DNA of 61,296 bases, the filler included, from Vannella sp. (Eukaryota): the NCBI GenBank assembly GCA_023345925.1. It is 5 parts of 5 records of this genome, joined end to end, with 100 filler letters (N's around TTAATTAATTAA, not from the genome) between each part and the next. Parts side by side here need not be neighbours in the genome. Positions count along the whole stretch, not along the records: positions 27,866 to 46,601 come from JAJQQN010001046.1; positions 46,702 to 55,061 come from JAJQQN010000660.1; 3 more parts are not named here. One strand, written 5' to 3'. Made by a program: the position numbers and the translations under genes. This document shows, in pieces, positions 35,510-46,989 of this stretch. Each line of letters starts with the position of its first letter. The stretch's first letter is position 1. Below the pieces are notes generated by a model. That model was not told the origin of the DNA, searched no databases, and worked only from the letters and a program-made list of their open reading frames with translations.

Positions 35510-38417
35510 TTACTGAGAAGGGGCAGCCAGGGATTTAGAAGGGCTGATTTTCCCGGTTGCCAGTACTAAATCGTGTTGGCGGCGATGCTTCCAATAGATG
35601 AGAGATTCATTGGCAACCACACACAGGCAGACAATAAAACTGGCCCCCAAAATCATCCCAAAAGATGCCCAAAAGATGCTATCGTCACCACTGGCTGAAT
35701 CGGAACCGCACTTATTGCCCTTGTGGCTTCCTTGGCCTGTTCCTGACAAAAAAAGTGCATAGTCGGTAAGATGGTCGGTTTGACCGCAAAGCAAATCTCC
35801 TCTCTCAATAAGGCATTCGTCCTGACATCTCCATTCTGATTCCTCCGTGTCAAAGAAGCTCAGACAAATGTCTCTGCTTTTGACGCCTTTGGAAGTAGAA
35901 CGTGGAAGGCAAATCGTCAGTGGATAGTCCAGTTCGGTTACGGAAGTATTTTGATCATTTACCAAGGTGATCTCGACAACAGAGCTCTCGAGCTGGTCGG
36001 ATTGGCTTGAAGGGACCTTTTCCACAATTGAAAGGGTCAAGGTGGTGTTAAGTTGGGTGCTCAACTCAACAGGGGCTAGCAACAACGCTAAAGTCGTTCC
36101 TTCAGAGTTGAAGAGCTCCACAACAACGGTCTGATTTTTTGGATTCAAAGACGTTTGGTAAAACACAGGAGAGCTGGATGGGGCCACAAATGAGGAAGGG
36201 AAAAGAGTTTGTGCCGGGGAGTTGGTTTCCGTTTCTAAGAGAAAGGAAGGTGAAGAACTTGCTTGGGCCAAAACTGATAAAGAAGGTGTTTCTGAAAAAT
36301 CTCTCACAGAAGAGGAAGCTGCCAAAGGTGAAGTTTCCGAAGGGGAGGTTGTCAACGTGAGTGAGATTTCGGGAGGGAAAGCTGTCACAGACGGTGTAGA
36401 AATTTCGGAAGGGGATAGCGTCGAGAGGAAGGCTGTTGAGGATTGTGTGGACGTTCCAGAAGGGCTCACTGTCAGTGGAGGCGTCCCAAAAGGGGATGTT
36501 GTTAGTAGAGGCACTCCAGAAGGGGAGACCGTCAAGGATCGTGTGGACGTTTCAGAAGGGGACATGGTCAGAGAAGGGGTCCCAGAAAGGGAGGTTATTA
36601 GTATAGGCGTACCAGAAGGGGAGGCCGTCAAGGACCGTGTGGACCTTTCAGAAGGGGATATTCTCAGTGAAGGCGTTCCAGAGAGGGAGCCCGTCAGTGA
36701 AGGCGTTCCAGAAGGGGAGGCCGTCAAGGATCGTGTAGACGTTTCAGAAGGGGACACTGTCGGTAAAGGGGTTCTGGAAACTGAACCAGAACTTGACATA
36801 GAAGGGGAATGAGAAGAAGTGGAAGATTGACTGCGGCTTCGAGAGTTGCTCGCGACGAGGGATTGGGTTTCTGTGAGACTAGAAGTTACTGTCTTAGAAC
36901 AGGTAATACTTGGCGATTTAGAGCAAAGCGGGAAAAATCGGTTTGACGAAAAAGATAAAACTGTGACATTCCTCTCAACACGCCCATTTCCGGACGGGCT
37001 GTTACTTCCTTCACCTCCTTGGACAAAAACTGAACTTATAGCAGATGCAGATGTTGCAAAGTACCCTCCTCCTCCTCCTCCTCCCTGCCCTTCATTAGGT
37101 TCTGAGCGAAGACCATTTCCCCCGCTGAGTTTCCATGTGAACTGTTCAGTGTTGAGCCCTGATTTGTTGTTGCAAAGAATAATTGCTGTTCCTCCACCTC
37201 CACCTTTCGATGTTTCTCAGAAAGATGAATTTCTCCGCCACTTCACTTACCTCCAGGTCCTCCTTCAATGTAGTCAAGGAGAACCCTTCCAGAAGTTCCT
37301 TGAAGATTGATTGTATGGTGTCCCTCAATGGGAGTTATCTGATTCAATGCATGAAGATAGAGCAGGCCCCCTCCAGATAGCCCTGTTCCTTTCTCCAACG
37401 GGAGATTGTTGTTCAAAGAAGCACTTCCACCACCACCACCTGAAGCTATTAGATAGTGCCAAAGATGACGGCTTTCTCACCAAGAAAAATGCGGTTGGTC
37501 GCATTTGATGGAGCAGGTGCTCCTCCTAAACCGGGCTTACCAGGGTAGTTTAAATGTCTACCCCCGTTTCCTCCTTGCCCGGCATTTGCCCCGCCTCCTC
37601 CTCCAGCAGCTATCCAAGTGGAGCCTCCTCCGGCGTTTCCAGGTGCACCCTTGGAGCAATCAAGTGTGTCAGGATAAGTAGTAACTTCGCTTTGGTTGGG
37701 AGAGCGTGGGAAGCCAATGAATCCCTCTCCTTTGGGAGCGTTGTAAGTTTCCAAATTGCTTAATCTAGTCGCGGAGGAGTTGTCCCGAAAGCTGTCACGG
37801 GAAGTCACTACATTAATGTCTCCAATGTAAGGCACCGGAGGACCACCGCGGAAGCCCTTTCCCTCCAAGGAAACATTTCCAAGGAGAATACGTTCCGCCA
37901 TGACAACCAAAACACCTCCTACGGAGCCGTTCCAAGCAGGAACATTCGTACTGTTCACAGTCGCCTCCCTACAAAAAGCGACTCGGATGGCTTGGAATCG
38001 GTTGTTGCCCGTGCTGGAGAAGTGAAAGCTGAGCGACTGGGAAAGAGAGAGTTTGAGAATGAGGTTTGGTGTTGCCACCTCAGCCACCTCAGCCACCTCA
38101 GCAAAGTCGTATTGGCCAGCCAGCCCCACATCGGTGAACCCGTTTCCAGTTCCGTTGTTTGACCCGTAGTTGGGGGTATCGGAGTTGTTGATGGTTCCTC
38201 CTTGCATTTGAATGATCATTAGCACATCCCCAACAGCAGGAGAAGAAGAACCGCCCTCAAAAGCAAGAAGAAGTTGTGTTCCGTTCCCCTCCACTCCACT
38301 CCAGTACTTATTCACTCCATCGCAAGTTTCCGGACAGTTCGGATCACCCCTCACACTCCAAACGAACATGGAGAAGAAGATAACCCTCCACCAATGTGCC
38401 CGCAAGAGAAGCACCAT
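35510..38417 (-). CDS. Type I membrane protein: signal peptide, Gly-rich head, S/T/P stalk, GAIN/GPS-like module and a single TM helix
   Basis: ORFs 37449..38450 and 35510..36799 join through two GT-AG introns (~37440-37480, ~37205-37250). GPS-like CLSFFD....W.C...C......CGQTDHLTDYALF, then a TM helix (IFWASFGMILGASFIVCLCVV). An upstream in-frame ATG at 38450 is possible. Confidence 0.8.
36320..36770 (-). repeat. Coding minisatellite with a ~30-bp unit (SPSGTPSLTx / SPSETSTRSLT)
   Basis: Recurrent CCAGAAGGGGA..CCGTCA(A/G)..TTTCAGAAGGGGA units. Confidence 0.85.
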
Positions 38418-38645
38418 CGTCGCAATGAAGAAGTGAACTCTCTCTTCCATTCTTGCTTCCCAATTTGGCTCCGATTGGTGGAACGGAAGTCATCCCGGGT
38501 TTGCCAGAAAAGGAGAGACCATAAAAAGGCAATCATTATAATCCCTACTGTGCGCATTTGAAATGTTTGACATCATAAATAAGTTCATTTAAAACTGATA
38601 CATGCTGGGTTTGATGTTCACATGTTGAGGATCTCCAACCGTCGT

Positions 38646-38702
38646 AGAAATGAGTGAAGACCTCACGGTGGAGAAATGAGTGAAGACCTCACGGTGGAGA
38701 AA
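38646..38702. repeat. 26-bp perfect tandem duplication
   Basis: AGAAATGAGTGAAGACCTCACGGTGG twice, plus a partial copy. Confidence 0.9.
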
Positions 38703-39005
38703 GGAGATGTACGAACATATCGCGTTCACAAAAGTAGGACTGGTGGGAGCATCCACACGATCCAGTCCTGGAAGGAGACCAACCAAACCGCCTAACAAAG
38801 ACTAAAAGACCTTCTTACTCTCCATGTTGGTGTAATATTGTGACACCGCCAACTCATCCCTCGAAAGCCGAGGCGATATCGCGAGACGGAGGCCAGAGAA
38901 GCCTTCGATAAGTCTGTCATTCTCCTCTTTGGGCTGTTTGAGTGTTTTGAGGTTCCCTTCACTGATTTCCTTCATTTGTAGGGAAGCGGGAGCGGAAAGA
39001 GGGCG

Positions 39006-40077
39006 ATGAGGGTGGCGAGGTTGGGGAGGGGTTTGATCCTTGGAGGGGTCCTCATGCTGGTGTGTGTGAGTCTGATGGTAGTCTATTCGTCGAGGGAAAC
39101 GCCTCGGCAGAACCCTGATATGTCTTGGGAACGGTCTGCGGAGATCTCCCGGCTGTTAGCTCCCATCGCGTATCAAACGGAGATTGTTGGAGGTGTTACA
39201 ACCTTCTGGAAGAACCTTGATTCACCGAAGGGGATTCTGTTCATGTTCCACGGCTGCAAACATAGTGGAGACCACCTCTTCCTCCTGCCAGAAGGAAAAC
39301 TTCTCATCCAAGCCATCCTCTCTCGCCACCTCGTTCCCGTTGCCTTCACCTCACAACAACAGAAGGGATCCAAGTGTTGGGATCCACTTGGTTACTTCCC
39401 TGGAGGAGATATGAAGCTAATTCCAAGTGCAATCAGGACAATGGTCGAGCAAAACCGCTGGAACAGTGCTCCAAAGTATCTGTTTGGCATCTCTAGTGGT
39501 GCTGAGATGGCTTCTGTCATGCCAGTTACTATGATAGATACTCAGTTCGCTGGTATCATCAACAGCATCAACACAGGGCCTTGGGAGGTAAGTGTGATCT
39601 ACGGAAGCGGCCAGTTCTGACCTCAACCAGGTGTTTGAAGCCTTCCCAGACAAGCCAAACTTCCCTAAAGTGGCTTTTATCTCCCTTGAGCGCGATGAAA
39701 TGACCACACGAAGAATGCAGAGCATCCGATCCTCCTTGGCAGTCGAACTTGTCCCCAATATGCTCTGGAAGGTGGATGGCAGCCGCCCTATCACTACCAG
39801 CTACTTGAAAGAGCGCATCCCCGTCTCAGAGCGACAGGCAGAGGAGCTCTATCTCATCCTCAAGCGGAACAACTTCCTCAAAGACGGCGATCACCTTCGC
39901 CAAGACCCTGCCGGCTCCCGCTGGTTGCCAGCCCTCCAAGAGGAGTTCTCAGACCAACCCCTCCTCAAGATACACGTGGAGTTCTTCATTGAAGCCCTGC
40001 AGAGCGCCTACGGCTTCCACGAGACGACCGCCCTCCACTTCGACCAAGTGCTTGATTGGCTCCTTACGGCCTCCTAA
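39006..40077 (+). CDS. Membrane-anchored alpha/beta-hydrolase-fold protein
   Basis: N-terminal TM helix, LFMFHGC, nucleophile elbow GISSGA and C-terminal FHE; intron ~39588-39630. Confidence 0.7.
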
Positions 40078-40099
40078 ACGGCTCATTTCTTCATTTCGC

Positions 40100-41399
40100 A
40101 TGTCGGACTACGACTACAACGCGCTGTTGACGCCGGGCGTGTGGAGGGGCAAGTGTGGGCAGAGGGAGATCTTGGAGAGCCCTGCGCGGGTGAGGACCAA
40201 GTCGGAGGAGTTAGCTGCGCTTGTACGAAGCGCAAAGCATGTGGTGGTCTTCACTGGGGCGGGGATCTCGACCTCTTCAGGGATCCCGGACTTTCGAGGG
40301 CCAAAGGGCGTTTGGACCCTGGAGAGTGCCTCTTCCAAGGACAAGAGGCGGACTAGTCCCCGTCAAGAGGTGTCTCCTCCGTCTGTTGGATTCCAGGACG
40401 CCAAGCCAAGTCCCACCCACATGGCACTCGTCGCCATGGTCCAAGCGGGCATCGTTCAATGTGTCATCTCTCAGAATGTCGATGGCCTGCACATGGCTTC
40501 GGGCATCCCTCGTGACAAGCTTTCAGAGCTGCATGGGAACGTGTTCATGATCTGCTGTGAGAATGTGAGGGCGCCATGAAGCCTCTCCACCTCCGTCTCT
40601 AACTGTGACTAGTGTGGAAGGGAGAGTCTTTGGGACGTTCCTGTACGTTCTGTGGGGTTCAAACAGGTAGACTCACTTGGTATTCCTTCCTGCGAGATGT
40701 GCCAGGGGCCCATGCGAGACTGCACTTTGGATTGGAATAACAGTCTTCCTCAAAGAGACTTCTCCATGGCAGAGGTAACCCTTCTGCCCGGATGGTAACA
40801 AGAGAGGCTGACGTTGTGCATAGGAGCATTGCAAGAAGGCTGATCTCTGCATCTGCCTTGGCTCTAGCCTCCAAGTGACACCAGCAGCAGATCTTCCTCT
40901 TAAAGCTACCAAACGCTACTCCAAAGCGTGCCCAGGAAAGCTAGTGATCATCAATCTCCAAAAGACACCCAGAGACCAGTGGGCTAACATGGTAATCCAC
41001 GATTATGTCGATAATGTGATGAAGAGTCTCACTCAATTGCTGGGAATCGCCATTCCCCCTCCTTCTAAGCTGCCTTTGGAACACCTTTCGAACACCTTTT
41101 GTCACTATCGTCCCTCAGACTGGCTCTACGAGCAACTAAAGGATGAAACAGAGAGCTCAAGCTCCGAAGAGGAAAGTGACTCTGCCACTCCTCTGACCCC
41201 GGTTAAGCTGGAGCTGAAAGAGAAGAAGGAAAGAGAAGAAGAATCTGATGATGAATCACTCCTCCCCACAGAGGCTGACCCAGAGTGGGATCCCCAACCA
41301 AAAAGCGGGAAACGGGAACTCACCAAAACCGAACTTTCTCTGTTTGGCCTTCCCGGATCCAAACGCCACTGCACCAGAGCTCGCACGAAAACAGAATGA
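40100..41399 (+). CDS. Class IV sirtuin (SIRT6-like)
   Basis: TGAGISTSSGIPDFRGPKGVWT, SQNVDGLH, ELHGN, LGSSLQV.PA and INLQKTP; multiple introns. Confidence 0.92.
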
Positions 41400-41442
41400 A
41401 CCCATTGCATTTCAAACCCCGCCATTTTCCCTTCGCCCTTCG

Positions 41443-41991
41443 ATGCTGCCTTCGCTGCGGGTTTTGTTGGCTTTGCTCTGGGTCCACATCTCTGTGTCGC
41501 AGATTCAGGGCAATGGAGTGAGTGAGACTGTGGTCAGTCTCTCTCAGAGCTGTGTGAACTCCCCTGGTGGGTGTGTTACTCAGGAGTTTGTGGTCAACAC
41601 TTGTTCGGCCTACTGTGATCCCTGTCTGGGTAGCTGTTCAGGAAGCTACCAGCTTTCCGAGTTGAGTGAGGCTAGCTTTGCCTTTAGTACGTTCCCCTCA
41701 GCGGACTGCAGTGGAGCGATCAAGTCAACCATCAACATTCAATGCGGCCCCTGCCACAGTGACATCAACCTTTCCTTTAGCATCAGTTGCCCTTCCCCTT
41801 CATACCCCTGGGTACTAGGAACCTTACTACTTCTCGCTCTATGCTGCTTCGCAGCTGTATGCCTGGTCACCTCTACCACAGCCATCATTCGTGCACGCAA
41901 CAAGAACGCTGGTCTCGATCATAGCTTTGTCCATGCTTCACTGGAACAGAGTGTCTACCAATCCCAAAGCTACCAATCTGCAGGGCATTGA
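41443..41991 (+). CDS. Small Cys-rich single-pass membrane protein
   Basis: Signal peptide MLPSLRVLLALLW, a Cys-rich ectodomain and TM WVLGTLLLLALCCFAAVCLV. Confidence 0.7.
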   Translation: MLPSLRVLLALLWVHISVSQIQGNGVSETVVSLSQSCVNSPGGCVTQEFVVNTCSAYCDPCLGSCSGSYQLSELSEASFAFSTFPSADCSGAIKSTINIQCGPCHSDINLSFSISCPSPSYPWVLGTLLLLALCCFAAVCLVTSTTAIIRARNKNAGLDHSFVHASLEQSVYQSQSYQSAGH

Positions 41992-42089
41992 ATGAAACGG
42001 TCACAGAAAAGCGGGTTGATGTAATAATTACGAGATAATTTCTTCGGAAAAGGAAACCGAGAGAGTCCACTTTTCAACAGCCCGCCGCG

Positions 42090-43282
42090 ATGAGTATGAA
42101 TGGAGAGCTTGACGAGTGGCTTGCGCTTGTACGCAAGTGCAAGTACCTGCCAGAGGCTGGTCTGAAAAAACTCTGCGACAGAGTGAGCCCAATCGGTAGC
42201 TGCAATGTGGCTAGTTTCTCATTGTTCGCAGGTCAAGGAGCTCTTGCTTGAGGAGTCCAATGTCCAGCCTGTATCTAGTCCAGTTACCATCTGTGGAGAC
42301 ATTCATGGGCAGTTCTATGATCTCTTAGAACTCTTCCGCACCGGAGGAGAAATCCCTGACACAAACTACATCTTCATGGTGGGTGGCAATGACTACAACA
42401 ACACCCTAAGGGCTCTAGGAACATCCACTGATTTTTCTGTAATTTAGGGTGATTTTGTTGACCGAGGTTACTTCAGCTTGGAGACCTTCACCCTCCTGTT
42501 GATCCTCAAGGCCAGGTACGCTTCGTCATGCACCAGTGCAGTGCATATGATATTTACTAATATTTATTTAAGATATCCCGACAAGATCACACTCCTTCGC
42601 GGAAACCATGAGAGTCGCCAAATCACTCAAGTCTACGGCTTCTACGACGAGTGCCAGCAGAAGTATGCCAATGCTAATGCGTGGAAGTATTGCACTCAAG
42701 TATTCGACTACCTTACTTTGGCTGCTGTGGGTACTCAACCGGTTGAGCATGATGTGTTCTAACGTCTCTCTTAGCTTGTGGATGGCAAGGTTCTGTGCGT
42801 CCATGGTGGTCTCTCCCCTGATGTCAAGACACTGGACCAGATCCGAACTATTCCTCGTAGCCAGGAGATCCCTCATGAAGGAGCATTCTGTGATCTGATG
42901 TGGTCCGATCCTGAAGATATTGAGACATGGCAAGTGAGCCCGCGTGGTGCTGGATGGTTGTTTGGATCTCGCGTCACTCTCGAGGTAAGGAGTTGGACCC
43001 CGTTGTACTCCACTTGCTAACGTCTTCCCTCAGTTCGTCCAAACCAACAAGTTGGACCTCATCTGCAGAGCCCATCAGCTTGTGCAAGAGGGACACAAAT
43101 ACATGTTCGACAACCACCTAGTGACAGTCTGGTCTGCTCCTAACTACTGCTACCGCTGCGGAAACATTGCCTCCATCCTCCACTTGGACGAGAAGCTGAA
43201 CCGAGACTTCAAGTCATTCCAAGCGGTTCCCGACAACCAGCGAGAGGTCCCTCCCAGAACATCCCTCAACTACTTCCTCTAA
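42090..43282 (+). CDS. PPP6C: Ser/Thr protein phosphatase 6 catalytic subunit (SIT4-like)
   Basis: [62 protein letters not shown] and C-terminal YFL; many short introns. Confidence 0.9.
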
Positions 43283-43417
43283 TCTCGAGCGGTGGTCGCC
43301 GTTGGGCTCGATCGGCATCAATTCTCCTGAATCTTCTTGTGTCTTGTAATCTTTACTCGCTTTAAACTCGTAATTCTACTTTGTCATCCATTTCCTGCTC
43401 CCTTCCACTGCCAGCCA

Positions 43418-45795
43418 TGGACTCGTCTCCCCATCAGGCGGCCTTTCACATCCTCGGCCTCCTTCAGGAACCTGACAGGCTGGACGATACACAACAGGAA
43501 GAGGGCTTGGAGCGCTTATTATCAATGCAAACGGAAGATGATCGAAAGGCCCTTCTGGCCCTTCTGGCGGATTACTTCGCCCAACCCGGCGCTTCCATCT
43601 TCCCCTCGGTTTACTTCCTGTGCTTTCACTCCCGAAAACCCATTCAGTGAGTGAAGTGTTCGTACAGAGTGGCGAACTGACATCCTATTCACTTTGCAGA
43701 AGCTTTGGGAAACTCCTCTTGCTACATCTGAGTTTTCTCATGCCCAAACACCCTACTTGCGCGAGATTAGCACTTGAAACACTCACTTGTAAGCATTGAC
43801 AGATGTTTGGGATGCCAGCCTGCTGATGAGAAGCGGACAGTCTTGGTCAAAGCCAGCTCCAACCCCGCCCAATTCGCAAAAGAGCCTTCTTTTCTTGCCC
43901 GTTCGGCTGAAACTTTCTGGGAAGCACTTTGCTTCATTACGGGGACGCTTTCAGAGGATCAAGCAATCGATCTGGTGAAGGAGATTCCTGAGCTCATTAG
44001 TGCATTGCTGGATGGGATTCGGTGCATTTGCAAGGCATCGAAAGTGTCCATTACCCAACGATTCTCTGCTATGGGAGTTTTGAATTCCCTACTTCTTCAT
44101 TTGGGTGAGTCACAGTGAGCATCACCATTGCATGACCTTCTAATTGCCGTAGCAAACGACTCCAGTGCCTTATGGAATCAGGTGCCTTATCAAGAGCTTT
44201 TAGAAGGGACTTTAAGGCTATCAAGTTCACAAAATTCTCAACTGATTGAGCAGGCTTACAAAGGGATGCTCTCTTTGGTTTCAAAGGCATGTAGTTTAGG
44301 TAAGTTGCTTTCTCCCCGAGTGACCTACTCACACGTGTTGAAGAAGCCAGTGTTGGTTTACAATACGAGCGGATCATTCGTTCTATCTCATCCCAATATC
44401 GGAGCACTGATGACGAATCTATTCGTCGCATCTGCTCTCGGACAGCTTCACAGATGATTTTGAGGGTTGTTCGGGGAAGTGGAACAAATAGCCTCCCGCG
44501 GTTATCAAAAACCACTTCCGAAAAGCTTATGGAACTATTTGATAATAGTCAAGAGGAGGGGGACGAAGCTCTGACGACAATATTTAGGAGTGAGGTAGAG
44601 GAAATCTATGCCTACTCTCTGGGCCGCTCGGCCAACAGAGTTGTTCAATTTAACGAAATGTGGCAGCCTCAATTGTGGTTAAACGCCTCGAAGCTACCAC
44701 GGTGGCAGGCAAAATTGGTGGATACATACTGTTATGTCCTCCCATTCCTTCCTCCTTCCGCTGAGGAAGGATCTCGACTTTCTCAAATGGAAGAATTGAT
44801 CTGTCAATTCCTTGAATCGCTTCCTCTGACTGTTATGCAGAATGACTCTTCCATTTCGAAGGCGTTGTTGCACGTCTTTTGGTGTCCTTCAATTGAGGTT
44901 CAGAAGGTGGCTGAAGACTTTGAAGCTGTTCTCCAGAGAAGCCAACTCAACTTGGTTGAGACTATCATCCAAACGAATGAGGCCCTCTTCACTGCAGAGC
45001 TGAACTACTGCTTGAAGTTGTGTTGGGAGATATCAGGCTCCATCCAGTTGCTGGATCACTTCCAGCCCTTCTTATGTACACTATTTTCAAGAGTGTCATC
45101 ATTCGTTGGAAAATCTCCCGTTTACGAGGAAGAAAGAGTCATCCAGAGTCTTTGGAATTTGTTTGCAGAGATTGTACGCAAGGTGAGCTCTTCCTGGTAC
45201 CTTTCTTTCATCTCACAGTAGACAGTGCCAAGTTTCTACCAAGTGGCTTGAGTTATTTGAGTGTGCAACAGAAATATTGAAGGGAGGATTTACTGTCTCC
45301 TTTGACAACTCTTTTCTGAGATCAACTCTTCGTTGGTGTCCTGAGCGGGGGTTCGCGAAAATGAAGAAAAAGTACTTCGAATGGCTTTACCTCTACTTCC
45401 AATTCAAAGCGAAGGAGGATAGGTTGGACAGGACAACCCAGGAGACTTTACGAAAGTGTGGAATCCATCTAGTCAGCGATTTGAAAAAGCCTGTCTTGAA
45501 CGACTCCGCCGTCTCTAAAAGACCCTACTCACCCAAAGAGGAGAGGCCCTCTCAACCAATCCTCCCAGTGAAGAGAGAGAGAGAGTTCGTTGATCCGATA
45601 CCGCCTAAGCCTGCAGCTCCTGTTGCTTCCGTCAGACCATCCACCATGAAAGTGGAGGATATCGCGCGAATTAACAGAGAATCAGCAGCAAAGAGGCCAA
45701 CCACAAAGATCCTCACACCTGAAGAAGTTGCGAGGATCGGTCACAAACCCATCTCCCGTTCCCGTTCAAAATCTCGTCGTCGGAACGGTCCATGA
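43418..45795 (+). CDS. Hypothetical multi-exon alpha-helical (ARM/HEAT-like) protein
   Basis: Successive Leu-rich plus-strand ORFs separated by GT..AG segments; no family recognised; 3' end uncertain. Confidence 0.55.
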
Positions 45796-46601
45796 TTGCA
45801 AACATAATCTCTTGAAGGCACCGGCGCAGGCATCGTTCCTCACTCGGCAAAGCACGAGCTTTTGCTTCAGGAGAGAGTTCGCAGACCACTAAACACTAAA
45901 CCACGTCTGCGGACCCTCCTCCGTTGGAAAGTGCACTAAAATTCGACTGGCACTGATACGAATCACGATTTTTTATGTTCTTAACCCCCTCAGTTGGTTT
46001 AGAGGCAGGGAGAGCCGCCAACATCGGAGATGATGGCGAGTTCACACCAGATTACTCTGATGAGGAGTATCCATAGCCCAATGATGAGTACGCTGAGAGG
46101 GAAGAAGATGATGAAGAACGACTGTGGAGAGAAGCATCAAGAGGAGGAGGAGGAGGTCTCAATCAGTGTTTGAACCATTGTGGAACCTCGTGGAGGAGCT
46201 AGCAGATGATGAGAATGAGATCGAGGTCAGTGAGGACGACGACGACGTAGACCACATCAACAGCATGACGAGCTCAACATGAGACTTGTTTTCTCTGGTC
46301 CATGCCGTGCCATCCGTGAAGTGGCTTCAGATGCCTTTAGACCTCTTTGGAAGAGGAAAGGACGTGAGAGAGTACACCTGCCGAAGAGTGCCTCTAGGGG
46401 CACCTTACTGGAGGTAAAGCGGACGAGGGAGAGCGTCTCTAATGCTTGACCTCCTGCTGTTCTCTCAGGACTCCAGTTTGACAGTGCAATGCAGCGCCTG
46501 GCATGGAGAGCTTCAGAAAGCCTCATTCTGTGACAAGCTCTACCGATAAGCGACCAAAGCTTGAGACAAGCACGAAGGCTTGCGCCTCTTCGCAACACTC
46601 A

Positions 46602-46701
46602 NNNNNNNNNNNNNNNNNNNNNNNNNNNNNNNNNNNNNNNNNNNNTTAATTAATTAANNNNNNNNNNNNNNNNNNNNNNNNNNNNNNNNNNNNNNNNNNN
46701 N
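46602..46701. other. Artificial contig spacer
   Basis: N44-TTAATTAATTAA-N44. Confidence 0.95.
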
Positions 46702-46702
46702 G

Positions 46703-46897
46703 ACCGTCCAGCCTTTCAACCCGTACTTGGCGTGGATCTTCCGGACGGTGGCCATCATTTATGCGTTCTCTGCAACAATGCTCTTGCAGTTCGTTCCCAA
46801 GCTGATTGGCATCTTCATCCTCGATCGGGGAACCAATCCCAAGCACCGCATCAAAACCACGAAATCCGGACTGGCCACCGCTACTGCCGAGTTTTAA
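46703..46897 (+). CDS. 3' fragment of a class C (GABA-B-like) GPCR
   Basis: Manual translation, absent from the ORF track: TVQPFNPYLAWIFRTVAIIYAFSATMLLQFVPKLIGIF...AEF*. FVPK is the class C TM7 signature. Confidence 0.6.
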   Translation, partial: TVQPFNPYLAWIFRTVAIIYAFSATMLLQFVPKLIGIFILDRGTNPKHRIKTTKSGLATATAEF

Positions 46898-46989
46898 TGA
46901 AAAGAACATTCTTCGCTCCTCTCGCTGCCATCATCAAGTACGGGGAAAAGGGTATCTTCTTAAGCAACAACTTTCGCGTTAAAGTTGAA

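Noticed and set aside
36320..38702. Periodic repeats as a possible CRISPR array
   Set aside because: One is a coding S/T/P minisatellite and the other a simple 26-bp duplication; there are no unique spacers or cas genes, and the context is eukaryotic.
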